32,000 bases of DNA from Sulfolobus acidocaldarius DSM 639 (lineage in GTDB: Archaea; Thermoproteota; Thermoprotei_A; Sulfolobales; Sulfolobaceae), in NCBI RefSeq assembly GCF_000012285.1, contig NC_007181.1:870001-902000 (forward strand), given 5' to 3'. Shown here in pieces: positions 9,062 through 18,298 of the stretch; the stretch's first letter is position 1, and each line of letters starts with the position of its first letter. The position numbers and the translations under genes are program-made. The notes below the pieces were generated by a model, which was not told the origin of the DNA, made no database searches, and saw only the letters and a program-made list of their open reading frames with translations.

Positions 9062-10252
9062 ATGGAAATAAGAAAATTCACTGTAGTAGGAGCAGGTTCA
9101 ATGGGACATGGTATAGCTGAGTTAGCCTTAATTGCTGGATATGATGTGTGGCTTAATGATGTAGCCGAGAACATACTTAAAAACGCGAAGGAAAGGATAG
9201 GATGGAGCTTAAAGAGGTTAAGTGAGAAGGGTAGCATCAAAGAGGATCCGGAGAAGATATTATCAAGATTGCATTTAACTGTGAGCCAAGAAGAGGCAAT
9301 GAAAGATACTGATTTCTTAATAGAGGCAGTTATTGAAGATATCAACGTAAAAAAGAAGGTATTTGAGAAGGCAGATAGTTTAGCATCAAAAGATGCCATA
9401 TTAGCCTCAAACACAAGTAGTTTACCCATAACCGAGATTGCAACTGCAGTTAAGAGACCAGAGAGAGTTGTGGGGATGCACTTCTTTAACCCACCAGTGC
9501 TCATGCAGTTAGTAGAGATAATTAAGGGAGAGAAGACTTCAGAGGAAACGATGAAAAGAGCATATGAGATGGGTAAAAAATTAGGGAGAGACCCTATACT
9601 CGTGAAGAAAGATGTTCCAGGATTCCTTGTTAACAGGATACTATTTAGAGTAAATGACATATCTTGTCTTCTGGTCGAGAAGGGAAAGGCAGACGTTTTA
9701 GAGGTCGATGCTTCTGCCATATATGAGCTAGGTTTTCCCATGGGCGTATTCTTACTTCAGGATTATGCTGGTGTGGATGTAGCTTATCTTGTTGGTAAGG
9801 CTATGGGGGAAAGAGGCTTTAAGGCTTATGAATGCAAGGCATTTGAGCAGTTGTATAAGGCTAAAAATTTGGGTGTGAAGACAGGCAAAGGATTTTACAG
9901 CTATCCAGAGCCCAATAAATTTGTAAAACCATCTATACCAAAAGAAAAGGCTAATAAGATTCCTGGTATTATGCTCATAGCTCCTGCCATAAATGAGGGG
10001 GCTTATCTAGTGAGAGAAGGGATTGTGACAAAGGAAGATACAGATAAGGGTTGTAAACTGGGCTTAAATTGGCCTAAAGGTGTGTTTGAGTATGCCGATG
10101 AATATGGGTTAGATAATGTTGTAAAAACTCTTGAGGATTTGAGGAAAGAAACAGGATTAGACTACTTTACTCCAGATCCTCTCTTAACAAAAATGGTTAA
10201 GGAAGGAAGATTAGGGAAGAAGGTAGGAAAAGGATTTTATGAATATAAGTAA
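9062..10252 (+). CDS. 3-hydroxyacyl-CoA (3-hydroxybutyryl-CoA) dehydrogenase
   Basis: N-terminal Rossmann VVGAGSMGHGIA, then SNTSSL, HFFNPP and GFLVNRIL motifs, followed by a duplicated C-terminal helical domain. Confidence 0.85.
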   Translation: MEIRKFTVVGAGSMGHGIAELALIAGYDVWLNDVAENILKNAKERIGWSLKRLSEKGSIKEDPEKILSRLHLTVSQEEAMKDTDFLIEAVIEDINVKKKVFEKADSLASKDAILASNTSSLPITEIATAVKRPERVVGMHFFNPPVLMQLVEIIKGEKTSEETMKRAYEMGKKLGRDPILVKKDVPGFLVNRILFRVNDISCLLVEKGKADVLEVDASAIYELGFPMGVFLLQDYAGVDVAYLVGKAMGERGFKAYECKAFEQLYKAKNLGVKTGKGFYSYPEPNKFVKPSIPKEKANKIPGIMLIAPAINEGAYLVREGIVTKEDTDKGCKLGLNWPKGVFEYADEYGLDNVVKTLEDLRKETGLDYFTPDPLLTKMVKEGRLGKKVGKGFYEYK

Positions 10253-10258
10253 TTTTTT
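10253..10258 (+). terminator. oligo-T tract after the 3-hydroxyacyl-CoA dehydrogenase gene
   Basis: TTTTTT directly follows stop TAA 10250-10252. Confidence 0.35.
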
Positions 10259-10418
10259 AAAAAGGCAATACACTATCGTAGAATCTTCTACTTTTTCTTA
10301 TGGATTCCCATTCATGAGGGTATTCTAACCTAAGGTACTCCTCAGGTAATTGGTCTAATGGAATGAATTTGTGATCATTAACCTTTTTCTCCTTTCTGAT
10401 TATCTCTTGAGCAACCAT
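10257..10418 (-). CDS. candidate small protein (53 aa), absent from the supplied ORF track
   Basis: ATG at 10418, stop at 10257-10259. Translation checked codon by codon: MVAQEIIRKEKKVNDHKFIPLDQLPEEYLRLEYPHEWESIRKSRRFYDSVLPF. A TATA-like TTTTAAATA lies about 33 nt upstream on the minus strand. No family recognised. Confidence 0.3.
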   Translation of the reverse strand: MVAQEIIRKEKKVNDHKFIPLDQLPEEYLRLEYPHEWESIRKSRRFYDSVLPF

Positions 10419-10660
10419 TTTTGGTCAAATATATATTCTCGTGCTAGATATTTAAAACTTTTGTCAATGAATTTTAAATTACCTAGGAATTTTTAAGTAT
10501 ATTAGAATTCTGTATATAAAAAATATTTAAATATAACCCCTTTTTACGTTGTTTTCATAAAATCCTAGTTTAAAACTAGTATTCCCCTCGATATCGTGAA
10601 TTTTCTTATTTCGTACAATTTTCTAATTTTAATTAAATTGAAAGTATTAAATGGTAAAAG

Positions 10661-11787
<1,127 letters not shown>

Positions 11788-11970
11788 ACAAGCAAAGATA
11801 AACTAAATTTTCTATTTCTTCGCTCGAAAACGATTATCATCGCTAGAGAGGTATATCTCTTAGAATCATTTGTGCTAAGACAGAAGAGCTTTGATTAAAA
11901 CACAGGTACGATCATTATGGAAGCGGGATTCTGTGGCTTTATTGTTACTTACCTCTCAGAAAATGTGGTA

Positions 11971-11979
11971 AAAAATATA
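11971..11979 (+). promoter_or_regulatory. TATA-like box for the archaeal ATPase gene
   Basis: AAAAATATA is centred about 31 nt before GTG 12006. Confidence 0.3.
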
Positions 11980-12005
11980 GCTTCTGGGGCAGAATATATA
12001 TTCTG

Positions 12006-13073
12006 GTGGAGAAGTTGTTATTTGATGAAAGACCAAAGAAGACTAGGGATGAGCTCTTCGATAGAGAAAAGGAGATAGAAGAAATAAAGAATAACATAAA
12101 TAGACCATTACTGGCTATATCTGGTATAAGAAGGATAGGTAAGACATCAACGTTACTTGTTGCGTTAAATGAGTTAAAAACAGATTACGTTTTAATAGAT
12201 TGTAGAAGATTAAAGGAGAACTATGGAAGACAAGATTTGTATAGTATCTTCTCTGCCAGTTTTTCATCAATTATAGATAAGGTAAGAGATATTCTCTCTG
12301 GTGTAAGGGGAGTAAGTATAGTGGGTAACTCTATAGAGTTTAAGTGGAAGGGTAGACAATCCCTCTCTTTAGCTGATCTGTTTGACCATTTGAACAAGAA
12401 GAGGCTTATAATAGCAATAGATGAAGCTCAAAAATTGAGGGGACCACTTTCTACAGAGATCAAGGACGCAATTGCTCATGCTTACGATTATGATGAAAAT
12501 CTGACATTTATTTTCACGGGATCGGAAATTGGTTTACTCTATGATTTCTTAGGAGTAGAGGATAAGAACTCACCTCTTTATGGTAGATATTACTATTCTG
12601 TCACACTCGAAAGGTTTAGCAGGGAGATGAGCAAGGAGTTTCTCACTAAAGGTTTCCAGGAAGTAGGTCTAAGGGCTAATAATTCTGTAGTAGATAAATT
12701 GGTGGATCTCTTTGACGGAATTCCTGGTTGGTTAACATTTGGTGCAAATAGATTCTTAGAAGGGGGAAAAATTGATGATATAATGGAAATAGCAATAAGT
12801 GTTGCTTTAGACGAATTGGAAAAACTCATTGACACAAAGAGGAGGGTATCTGAGATTTCTGCTAGAAGATATAAGTATGCACTTAAGTGCTTGGGGTCAG
12901 GAATGAATACATGGAGTAAGTTATTGGACTGTATCCAGAGAAGTGAGGGGACTACGATATCAAGTAGTGTACTTGATAATATTTTGCTTAGTCTCGAAAA
13001 GACAAGTATAATCAAGGATTATGAATTTCTTGATCCAATATATAGGGAAGCCAGTAAGAGGATGAGGGTATAA
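12006..13073 (+). CDS. archaeal ATPase family protein (PF01637-like AAA+ with C-terminal DUF234-like wHTH)
   Basis: GTG start. FDREKEIEEI leader, Walker A GIRRIGKTS, Walker B IIAIDEAQ, and a C-terminal helical region. This is the typical layout of the abundant Sulfolobales archaeal ATPase paralogs. Confidence 0.75.
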   Translation: MEKLLFDERPKKTRDELFDREKEIEEIKNNINRPLLAISGIRRIGKTSTLLVALNELKTDYVLIDCRRLKENYGRQDLYSIFSASFSSIIDKVRDILSGVRGVSIVGNSIEFKWKGRQSLSLADLFDHLNKKRLIIAIDEAQKLRGPLSTEIKDAIAHAYDYDENLTFIFTGSEIGLLYDFLGVEDKNSPLYGRYYYSVTLERFSREMSKEFLTKGFQEVGLRANNSVVDKLVDLFDGIPGWLTFGANRFLEGGKIDDIMEIAISVALDELEKLIDTKRRVSEISARRYKYALKCLGSGMNTWSKLLDCIQRSEGTTISSSVLDNILLSLEKTSIIKDYEFLDPIYREASKRMRV

Positions 13074-13176
13074 AACTTATTGAATCCAACAAATGGCGTG
13101 TAATAAGTGATGTAAATTCTCGTTTTAACTTAAAAATACTCATGTACGTCATTCTATAGTGCTTTTATTAAAGCCT

Positions 13177-13904
13177 CTAAAAGAAACTGTAAACCACTAA
13201 ACCTATCATGAAAAATCCCAGAAACAGTAGGGCAAGTCTTCCAGCTCTTATCATTATCGAAAAGTCTCTGCCTATGGATTTTACAATACCCTTGTAGATT
13301 AGACTCACTATTATAGATTGTGCTAGTAATGAACCTACACCGAGTATTAGGCCCACTAGAAATGTTAAATTCGACTCAAAAGTAACGCCCACTGCTAGGG
13401 CAAGTAATAGTACCACTATGAAGTCTCCACCAAAAGCTGCTGCAACCCCATGTATCCAGATCATTTTATAATCAGCTGTAGCTTCTTCCCCTCTCTTTTT
13501 TCCCTCTTTATGCATTAATAGTAATGCAACTCCTATCATAGTTATACCTACTATTATGTCTACATAAGGATCAGTGTCTGTACTTTGAAAGAATGAAAGA
13601 ACTTGACCAACTAAGGCACTTAGCCTGTCCAAACAACTATTAACGCACTCCCAAATACTGATGTCGAAATAAAAGCTTTTCTTAGATTTTTATGCATTAA
13701 GGCATAGGACACAGTAATTGGCTATATGTGTTCATCTGGTTTTAAACCATGGATAATTCCTATTATAAATAGCGCTAGAATCCAGTATACACCTAAGGAT
13801 GTTAAGATTGCCCTGGCTACTGGCTCTAATATATCCGGTAAAGACAGTATGGCAAGTGCTAATCCAATTAAAATGATCCCTGCAATGATGATTTCTTTGC
13901 GCAT
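13177..13904 (-). pseudogene. disrupted membrane (metal-transporter-like) gene: in-frame TAG plus a 1-nt frameshift
   Basis: The 60-aa ORF ends ..IIHGLKPDEHI[TAG 13722-13724]. Read-through continues PITVSYALMHKNLRKAFISTSVFGSALIVVWTG*. The 151-aa ORF follows in the -1 frame from a weak TTG (13632). All parts are hydrophobic and colinear. HGxxPDEH and IWIHG histidine motifs recall NicO/NiCoT-type transporters, but the family call is weak. Confidence 0.45.
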
Positions 13905-14240
13905 AATTTAGCGCAACCCTAAAGGTTATTAAATCTTACTGTATAAATGAAATTTTAGTTCTAGCCTAAAAATACGTTTGATATAGTGCCGTTATGAAGG
14001 TATTATTTATTAACACTTTTGCATATATGCGTACGAGAGGGTATTAAGAATGTTTATAGGGATATTCCTTGTCCATAATAGCATTACTTTGTTAAGGTTA
14101 GTTAGGCGTAAGTAAGAGTATGAGTAGTAGGAATTTCCTTGAGGATATTGGGCATAAGTATTCAAGGGAGGTTAGGGATTTAGCCTTGAATATGCTAACG
14201 GAATGAGTACTAGATTGCAAGGGTATTAAATAAATGGAAA

Positions 14241-14270
14241 TGCATGGGTACCCCTATTGCATGGGTACCC
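14241..14270. repeat. tandem direct repeat 2 x TGCATGGGTACCC (17-bp period)
   Basis: Perfect 13-nt copies at 14241-14253 and 14258-14270, separated by CTAT. Each holds the palindrome GGGTACCC. The second copy is part of the 12-bp palindrome ATGGGTACCCAT. Confidence 0.7.
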
Positions 14271-14539
14271 ATACAAACATATAAAGCTGGAGGTCTAGCT
14301 TGACATCCGCTAAATGTATGGACTACAATTTCATTCACCTCCGTAACATAGGTTTTGAGCAAATTGTGTCTTGCAAAAAGGCTTTTTGACAATCTCATTT
14401 AGTAATGTTTTAGAGTACAGTTCATGACTTGAAGTAATTGCTAACTCTCAATAGAGTATGCTTATTTCACTAGGTTTTCCACTTATAATTTAAGTTTACA
14501 CATTAAAGTCGTTTTTTAGAGAATATTCTACTTCATATG

Positions 14540-16057
14540 TTACAGTTTGTTCTCGTACTTAGTTTTTAGCATATCTCTTATTACCTTCTTATCCAATTTT
14601 CCAGTACTAGTCTTAGGAATTGAGTCAACGAATATAATTTTCTCTGGCATCCACCAGTTAGGAAATCTTCCTAATGACTTCAAGTATGTTATTATTTCCT
14701 CAGCGTTTACGTCCTTATCAGGCTTCTTTACCACTAAAGCAATTGGTCTCTCTCCCCATTTCTCGTCCTTTATGCCAACCACTACAGCTTCAAGTACTTT
14801 CTCATATGACATTATAGCGTTCTCCAAGTCTACTGAGCTTATCCACTCCCCTCCACTCTTGATCAAATCCTTCAATCTGTCAACTACCTTTACATTACCA
14901 TCAGGGTATATTTTAGCAACGTCACCAGTCCTAATGAAACCATTCACCATCATATCTGATTGTTTATAATATTTCTTAGTCACGAAGGCACCCCTGGCTA
15001 CTAGTTCTCCAACGCTCTTTCCGTCCCAGGGAAGGTTCCTGTTGTTTTCATCCATTAATCCTATTTCAAAACCGGGCATTGGGTATCCTTGCTTTGACAA
15101 TTCCTCCACGCTATCACTCTGATTTACAGTAGCAATTGCCTCAGTCTCTGTCATTCCCCAAGCATGATATGTTCTTACACCTAGCTCTTTCAGTTTTTTC
15201 ATTAAACCTTGAGGCGGTTCAGCTCCTCCTGTAACAACTACTTTAAGGGGGGACAGATCCATTTTCTCTCTCTCCACATAATTCAGGACATCGATCCAGA
15301 CTGTTGGTGCCCCAGCACCTATAGAAACATTATAACGTTTGATCAGGTACACGATATCTTCTGCCTTTGGTCTAGGTCCTGGCAAAACTAGTTTAGCTCC
15401 CGTCATTAACGAAGCGAATGGTAGATCCCACGCGGATATGTGAAACATTGGAACTAAGGGCATGACAGTGTCACGAGAAGATATTCCCACAACGTCCTTA
15501 GCCAATAGTGATAATGAGTGGATAAATATACTCCTATGGCTGTATATTACACCTTTAGGTTTTCCTGTGGTTCCTGAGGTAAAACAGGCAACAGCTCCCA
15601 CTTTCTCGTCAATATCTGGAAGATCCGTCAAAGGCTCAAATGAATTAATTTCGTCGTCATATCTTTCATCTAAGACGGTAACATTATCTCCTTTGTACGA
15701 GATGTCCCTATCAATGAATACTGCCTTATCTTCCATCTCTCTTATTACATACTCCATCTCAGAGGGATGGAATCTGACATTGACAGTATGCAAAACACCT
15801 CCAAGTAAGGGTACGGCAAAATAAAGTTCCAAGTGTCTCTGAGTATTCCAGGCTATGGTGGCTACATTTTCACCAGCAAGGTTTTTAGTCCTTAAAAAAT
15901 TAGCTAACTTTCTCACTCTTTCAGAGAAATCTTTGTAGGTATATCTCACTATACTGTCGTGTGTTCTAGATATAATCTCTTGGTCATGATATATGTGCTC
16001 TACTCTCCAAAAAATTGCTTTTAAATTAAGATTATAATCCATTATTGTTGAATCCAT
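14540..16057 (-). CDS. AMP-forming acyl-CoA synthetase (medium-chain fatty-acid-CoA ligase-like)
   Basis: AMP-binding motif FTSGTTGKPKGV, then YHAWGMTE, TGDVA and KDLIKSGGEWIS, with C-terminal PKTSTGKLDKK. Confidence 0.85.
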   Translation of the reverse strand: MDSTIMDYNLNLKAIFWRVEHIYHDQEIISRTHDSIVRYTYKDFSERVRKLANFLRTKNLAGENVATIAWNTQRHLELYFAVPLLGGVLHTVNVRFHPSEMEYVIREMEDKAVFIDRDISYKGDNVTVLDERYDDEINSFEPLTDLPDIDEKVGAVACFTSGTTGKPKGVIYSHRSIFIHSLSLLAKDVVGISSRDTVMPLVPMFHISAWDLPFASLMTGAKLVLPGPRPKAEDIVYLIKRYNVSIGAGAPTVWIDVLNYVEREKMDLSPLKVVVTGGAEPPQGLMKKLKELGVRTYHAWGMTETEAIATVNQSDSVEELSKQGYPMPGFEIGLMDENNRNLPWDGKSVGELVARGAFVTKKYYKQSDMMVNGFIRTGDVAKIYPDGNVKVVDRLKDLIKSGGEWISSVDLENAIMSYEKVLEAVVVGIKDEKWGERPIALVVKKPDKDVNAEEIITYLKSLGRFPNWWMPEKIIFVDSIPKTSTGKLDKKVIRDMLKTKYENKL

Positions 16058-16256
16058 TAATTAAAAATTCATTTTAACATTAATAAAGATTAGATTATAA
16101 TTGCACGATATAAAGGAACCTAAACGTTAACCCGAGTTATCTTGGCATCACAGGATATTCTACCACATGACAGTATATCACAGCCGTTTAATTATGGTCT
16201 GAGGTCAGAATCTCACTAAGTATCAGCACTAACCTTACTCCCATTTTTGTATGTCT

Positions 16257-16760
16257 TCATTGTGGTTTGTCAGTACTTTTCTCCCCACTCCACACTGAAT
16301 TCCTCTTTCTTACCATGAAAACTCTATCAAATTCCACTATTTTCTCTCCTCTCTGATTGTACCCCCACGTCCTTATTTTAACTATTCCAAATCCAGGTCT
16401 ACTCTTCGATTCCCTAGCCTCTATTACTTCTGCTTCACCGTAAATTGTATCTCCCGCGAATACTGGATTCATAAATTTTACGTTCTCTATCCCTAACATA
16501 AAACCGTTTTGACTTGTTAGCTCAACTAATAAACCTGCTACTATGGCAAGAGTAAGGAATCCATTAACGACAAGCCTTCCTTTAAAAGGTTCTCCAGAAA
16601 AATATTTCTCAGTATAGTCTCTGTTAAAGTGAATTTGGTTAGAGTTGTTTGTCAACAAAGTGAACCATATATTGTCAACATCTGTGAGACTTCTACCAAC
16701 TTTACTTCTGAACCTTTGACCTACCTTAAAATCTTCAAAGAAAGGACCCTGCTCTGACAT
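16257..16760 (-). CDS. MaoC-like hot-dog fold (de)hydratase
   Basis: 167 aa. FEDFKVGQRF, NSNQIHFNRDY and the hot-dog core GDTIYGEAEVIE. Same strand as the CoA-transferase and acyl-CoA synthetase. Confidence 0.75.
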   Translation of the reverse strand: MSEQGPFFEDFKVGQRFRSKVGRSLTDVDNIWFTLLTNNSNQIHFNRDYTEKYFSGEPFKGRLVVNGFLTLAIVAGLLVELTSQNGFMLGIENVKFMNPVFAGDTIYGEAEVIEARESKSRPGFGIVKIRTWGYNQRGEKIVEFDRVFMVRKRNSVWSGEKSTDKPQ

Positions 16761-16975
16761 AAGTGAATATTATGCTCATGTAATATAAAGGTTATTTAAT
16801 GGTCTTCGATGAACTTATTGATAACATGGAAAACGGTGCTCATTTTTATTAAGACAAGATCTATATAAAATGAACAATCAAGGAGTCTTCAGTTTAAAAA
16901 CATCTTATTCTTCAACGAGTATGTACACAAAAATAGGTGACCGCCTAAATTATGATTCCACACTACTAGGAAAAA

Positions 16976-18130
16976 TTAACCCTTATTGTTAGAAATAACA
17001 ATTCCTTTACTTATGAACTCCTCAATATCTTTCTCTCTGTAACCTATTTCTTTAAGGACTTCAATCGTATGCTCCCCCAATCTAGGTGCAGGCAGTCCTG
17101 TCCCAGGTTCTCTCTTGTCTTTAACATTCGCAGGGAATCTCACATATCTCAAACTTCTCCTTTCGTAAACAAGTTTGTTCCCATATATCTGAAAAGCCTC
17201 CGCAAGGTTTAATATCGGTGCTACAGGTACATCAGCCTCATTTAGCTTCTTTATCCAAAACTCTCTAGTATTAGTTTCAAATATCTTTTGCAACTCCCTG
17301 GCTATATACTCCCTGTTTCTCACTCTACTTTCTTGAGTGTCATATATCAACAAGTCCTCCCTGCCTAGTGCTTTGCATAAGTTAGTGTACTGCTCATTGT
17401 TGAATGTTGCAACATAGATGTATCCATTCTTTGTCCTGAAGGCTTGATAGGGCACTAAATATCTGTGAGCAGAGCCCATTCTTTTGGGCAAAATTCCTGT
17501 GTTCAAGTACATGTAGGCATCTTCTAACATTAAGTAGAACTGAGTGTAGATCATTGGTACATCTATGAATACTGGTCCTCCCTGATTATAATACCACAGT
17601 ATTAGAATAGTGGAGAAAAGTGCTGTAGTTATATCAGAAATAGAGGTGGCGAACTTTACTGGATTTTCCTCTCCAGTCATGTCCATGAGACCACTTAGGG
17701 CTAAAATAGTTGTGTCATAAGCCGGTTTATCAGCCTCCTCTGTAAAGTTACCAAATCCTGTAATGGAGCAATAAATTATTTTAGGGTTTGTTTGGTTCTT
17801 CACGCTCTCATAATCTATGCGTAATTTCTTAAGTGCTGAAGGTCTGTAATTAGTTATTATGATGTCAGCTGTAGCTACTATTTTCTTAAAAATCTCATAT
17901 CCCTCTGGCTTCTTCAAATCAATTGATACACTTCTCTTTCCCTTGTTCACACTTGCAAAGTAAACTCCAACACCATCAATTTCAGGTTTTACTCCTCTTC
18001 TATCATCCCCTTTGGGCGGCTCTACCTTAATTACATCAGCTCCTAACTCTGATAAGATTTGACCAACTAAAGGGGCGGAAATGTTGTTACTCAGCTCAAC
18101 TACTCTCATGGGAATTATACTCATTAACAA
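16976..18130 (-). CDS. family III CoA-transferase (CaiB/BaiF type)
   Basis: N-terminal RVVELSNNISAPLVGQILSELGADVIKVEPPKGDDRR and ALSGLMDMTGEEN are typical of family III. TTG at 18130; an alternative ATG lies at 18124. Confidence 0.8.
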   Translation of the reverse strand: MLMSIIPMRVVELSNNISAPLVGQILSELGADVIKVEPPKGDDRRGVKPEIDGVGVYFASVNKGKRSVSIDLKKPEGYEIFKKIVATADIIITNYRPSALKKLRIDYESVKNQTNPKIIYCSITGFGNFTEEADKPAYDTTILALSGLMDMTGEENPVKFATSISDITTALFSTILILWYYNQGGPVFIDVPMIYTQFYLMLEDAYMYLNTGILPKRMGSAHRYLVPYQAFRTKNGYIYVATFNNEQYTNLCKALGREDLLIYDTQESRVRNREYIARELQKIFETNTREFWIKKLNEADVPVAPILNLAEAFQIYGNKLVYERRSLRYVRFPANVKDKREPGTGLPAPRLGEHTIEVLKEIGYREKDIEEFISKGIVISNNKG

Positions 18131-18298
18131 AGATTTTAAGTTTCCTTAGGAGAGTGATATCTTATTCTCATGTCTTTATCCTTTCAAAACTTCTCGGCTC
18201 TGTAATCCACTGCGTGTAACTACGGTATTAAGATGGATGATGAATCATAGTCTAGCAAAACAACTATTAAAACGTATTAAAGAATATATTCTATTAGC

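Noticed and set aside
9040-9741. 233-aa minus-strand ORF antisense to the 3-hydroxyacyl-CoA dehydrogenase gene. Similar antisense ORFs occur at 10881-11276, 12593-13015, 14547-14969, 15462-15824, 20633-21121 and 26958-27467.
   Set aside because: These are shadow ORFs inside strongly supported genes. They have Ser/Phe/Leu-rich low-complexity translations and no motifs.
10565-10579. 15-bp palindrome CTAGTTTAAAACTAG upstream of gdh.
   Set aside because: 7-bp AT-rich arms are expected by chance a few times in 32 kb of AT-rich DNA. It lies about 110 nt from the start, with no second copy.
13897-13916. GC-rich hairpin TTGCGC-ATAATTTA-GCGCAA overlapping the start codon of the 60-aa ORF.
   Set aside because: The likely TSS, judged from the TATA-like box spacing, falls inside the loop, so the hairpin would not be in the mRNA. 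The gene is also probably a pseudogene.
14210-14398. 62-aa minus-strand ORF in the long spacer.
   Set aside because: No motifs and no plausible promoter spacing. It overlaps the tandem repeat and the putative HTH remnant, so it is more likely non-coding debris.
16201-16227. Possible fourth copy of the right-end motif: GAGGTCAGAATCTCACTAAGTATCAGC.
   Set aside because: It shares only the GAGG..CTCAC..TCAGC skeleton and has no flanking tnpB-like similarity. It is too weak to separate from chance by eye, though a covariance-model search could include it.
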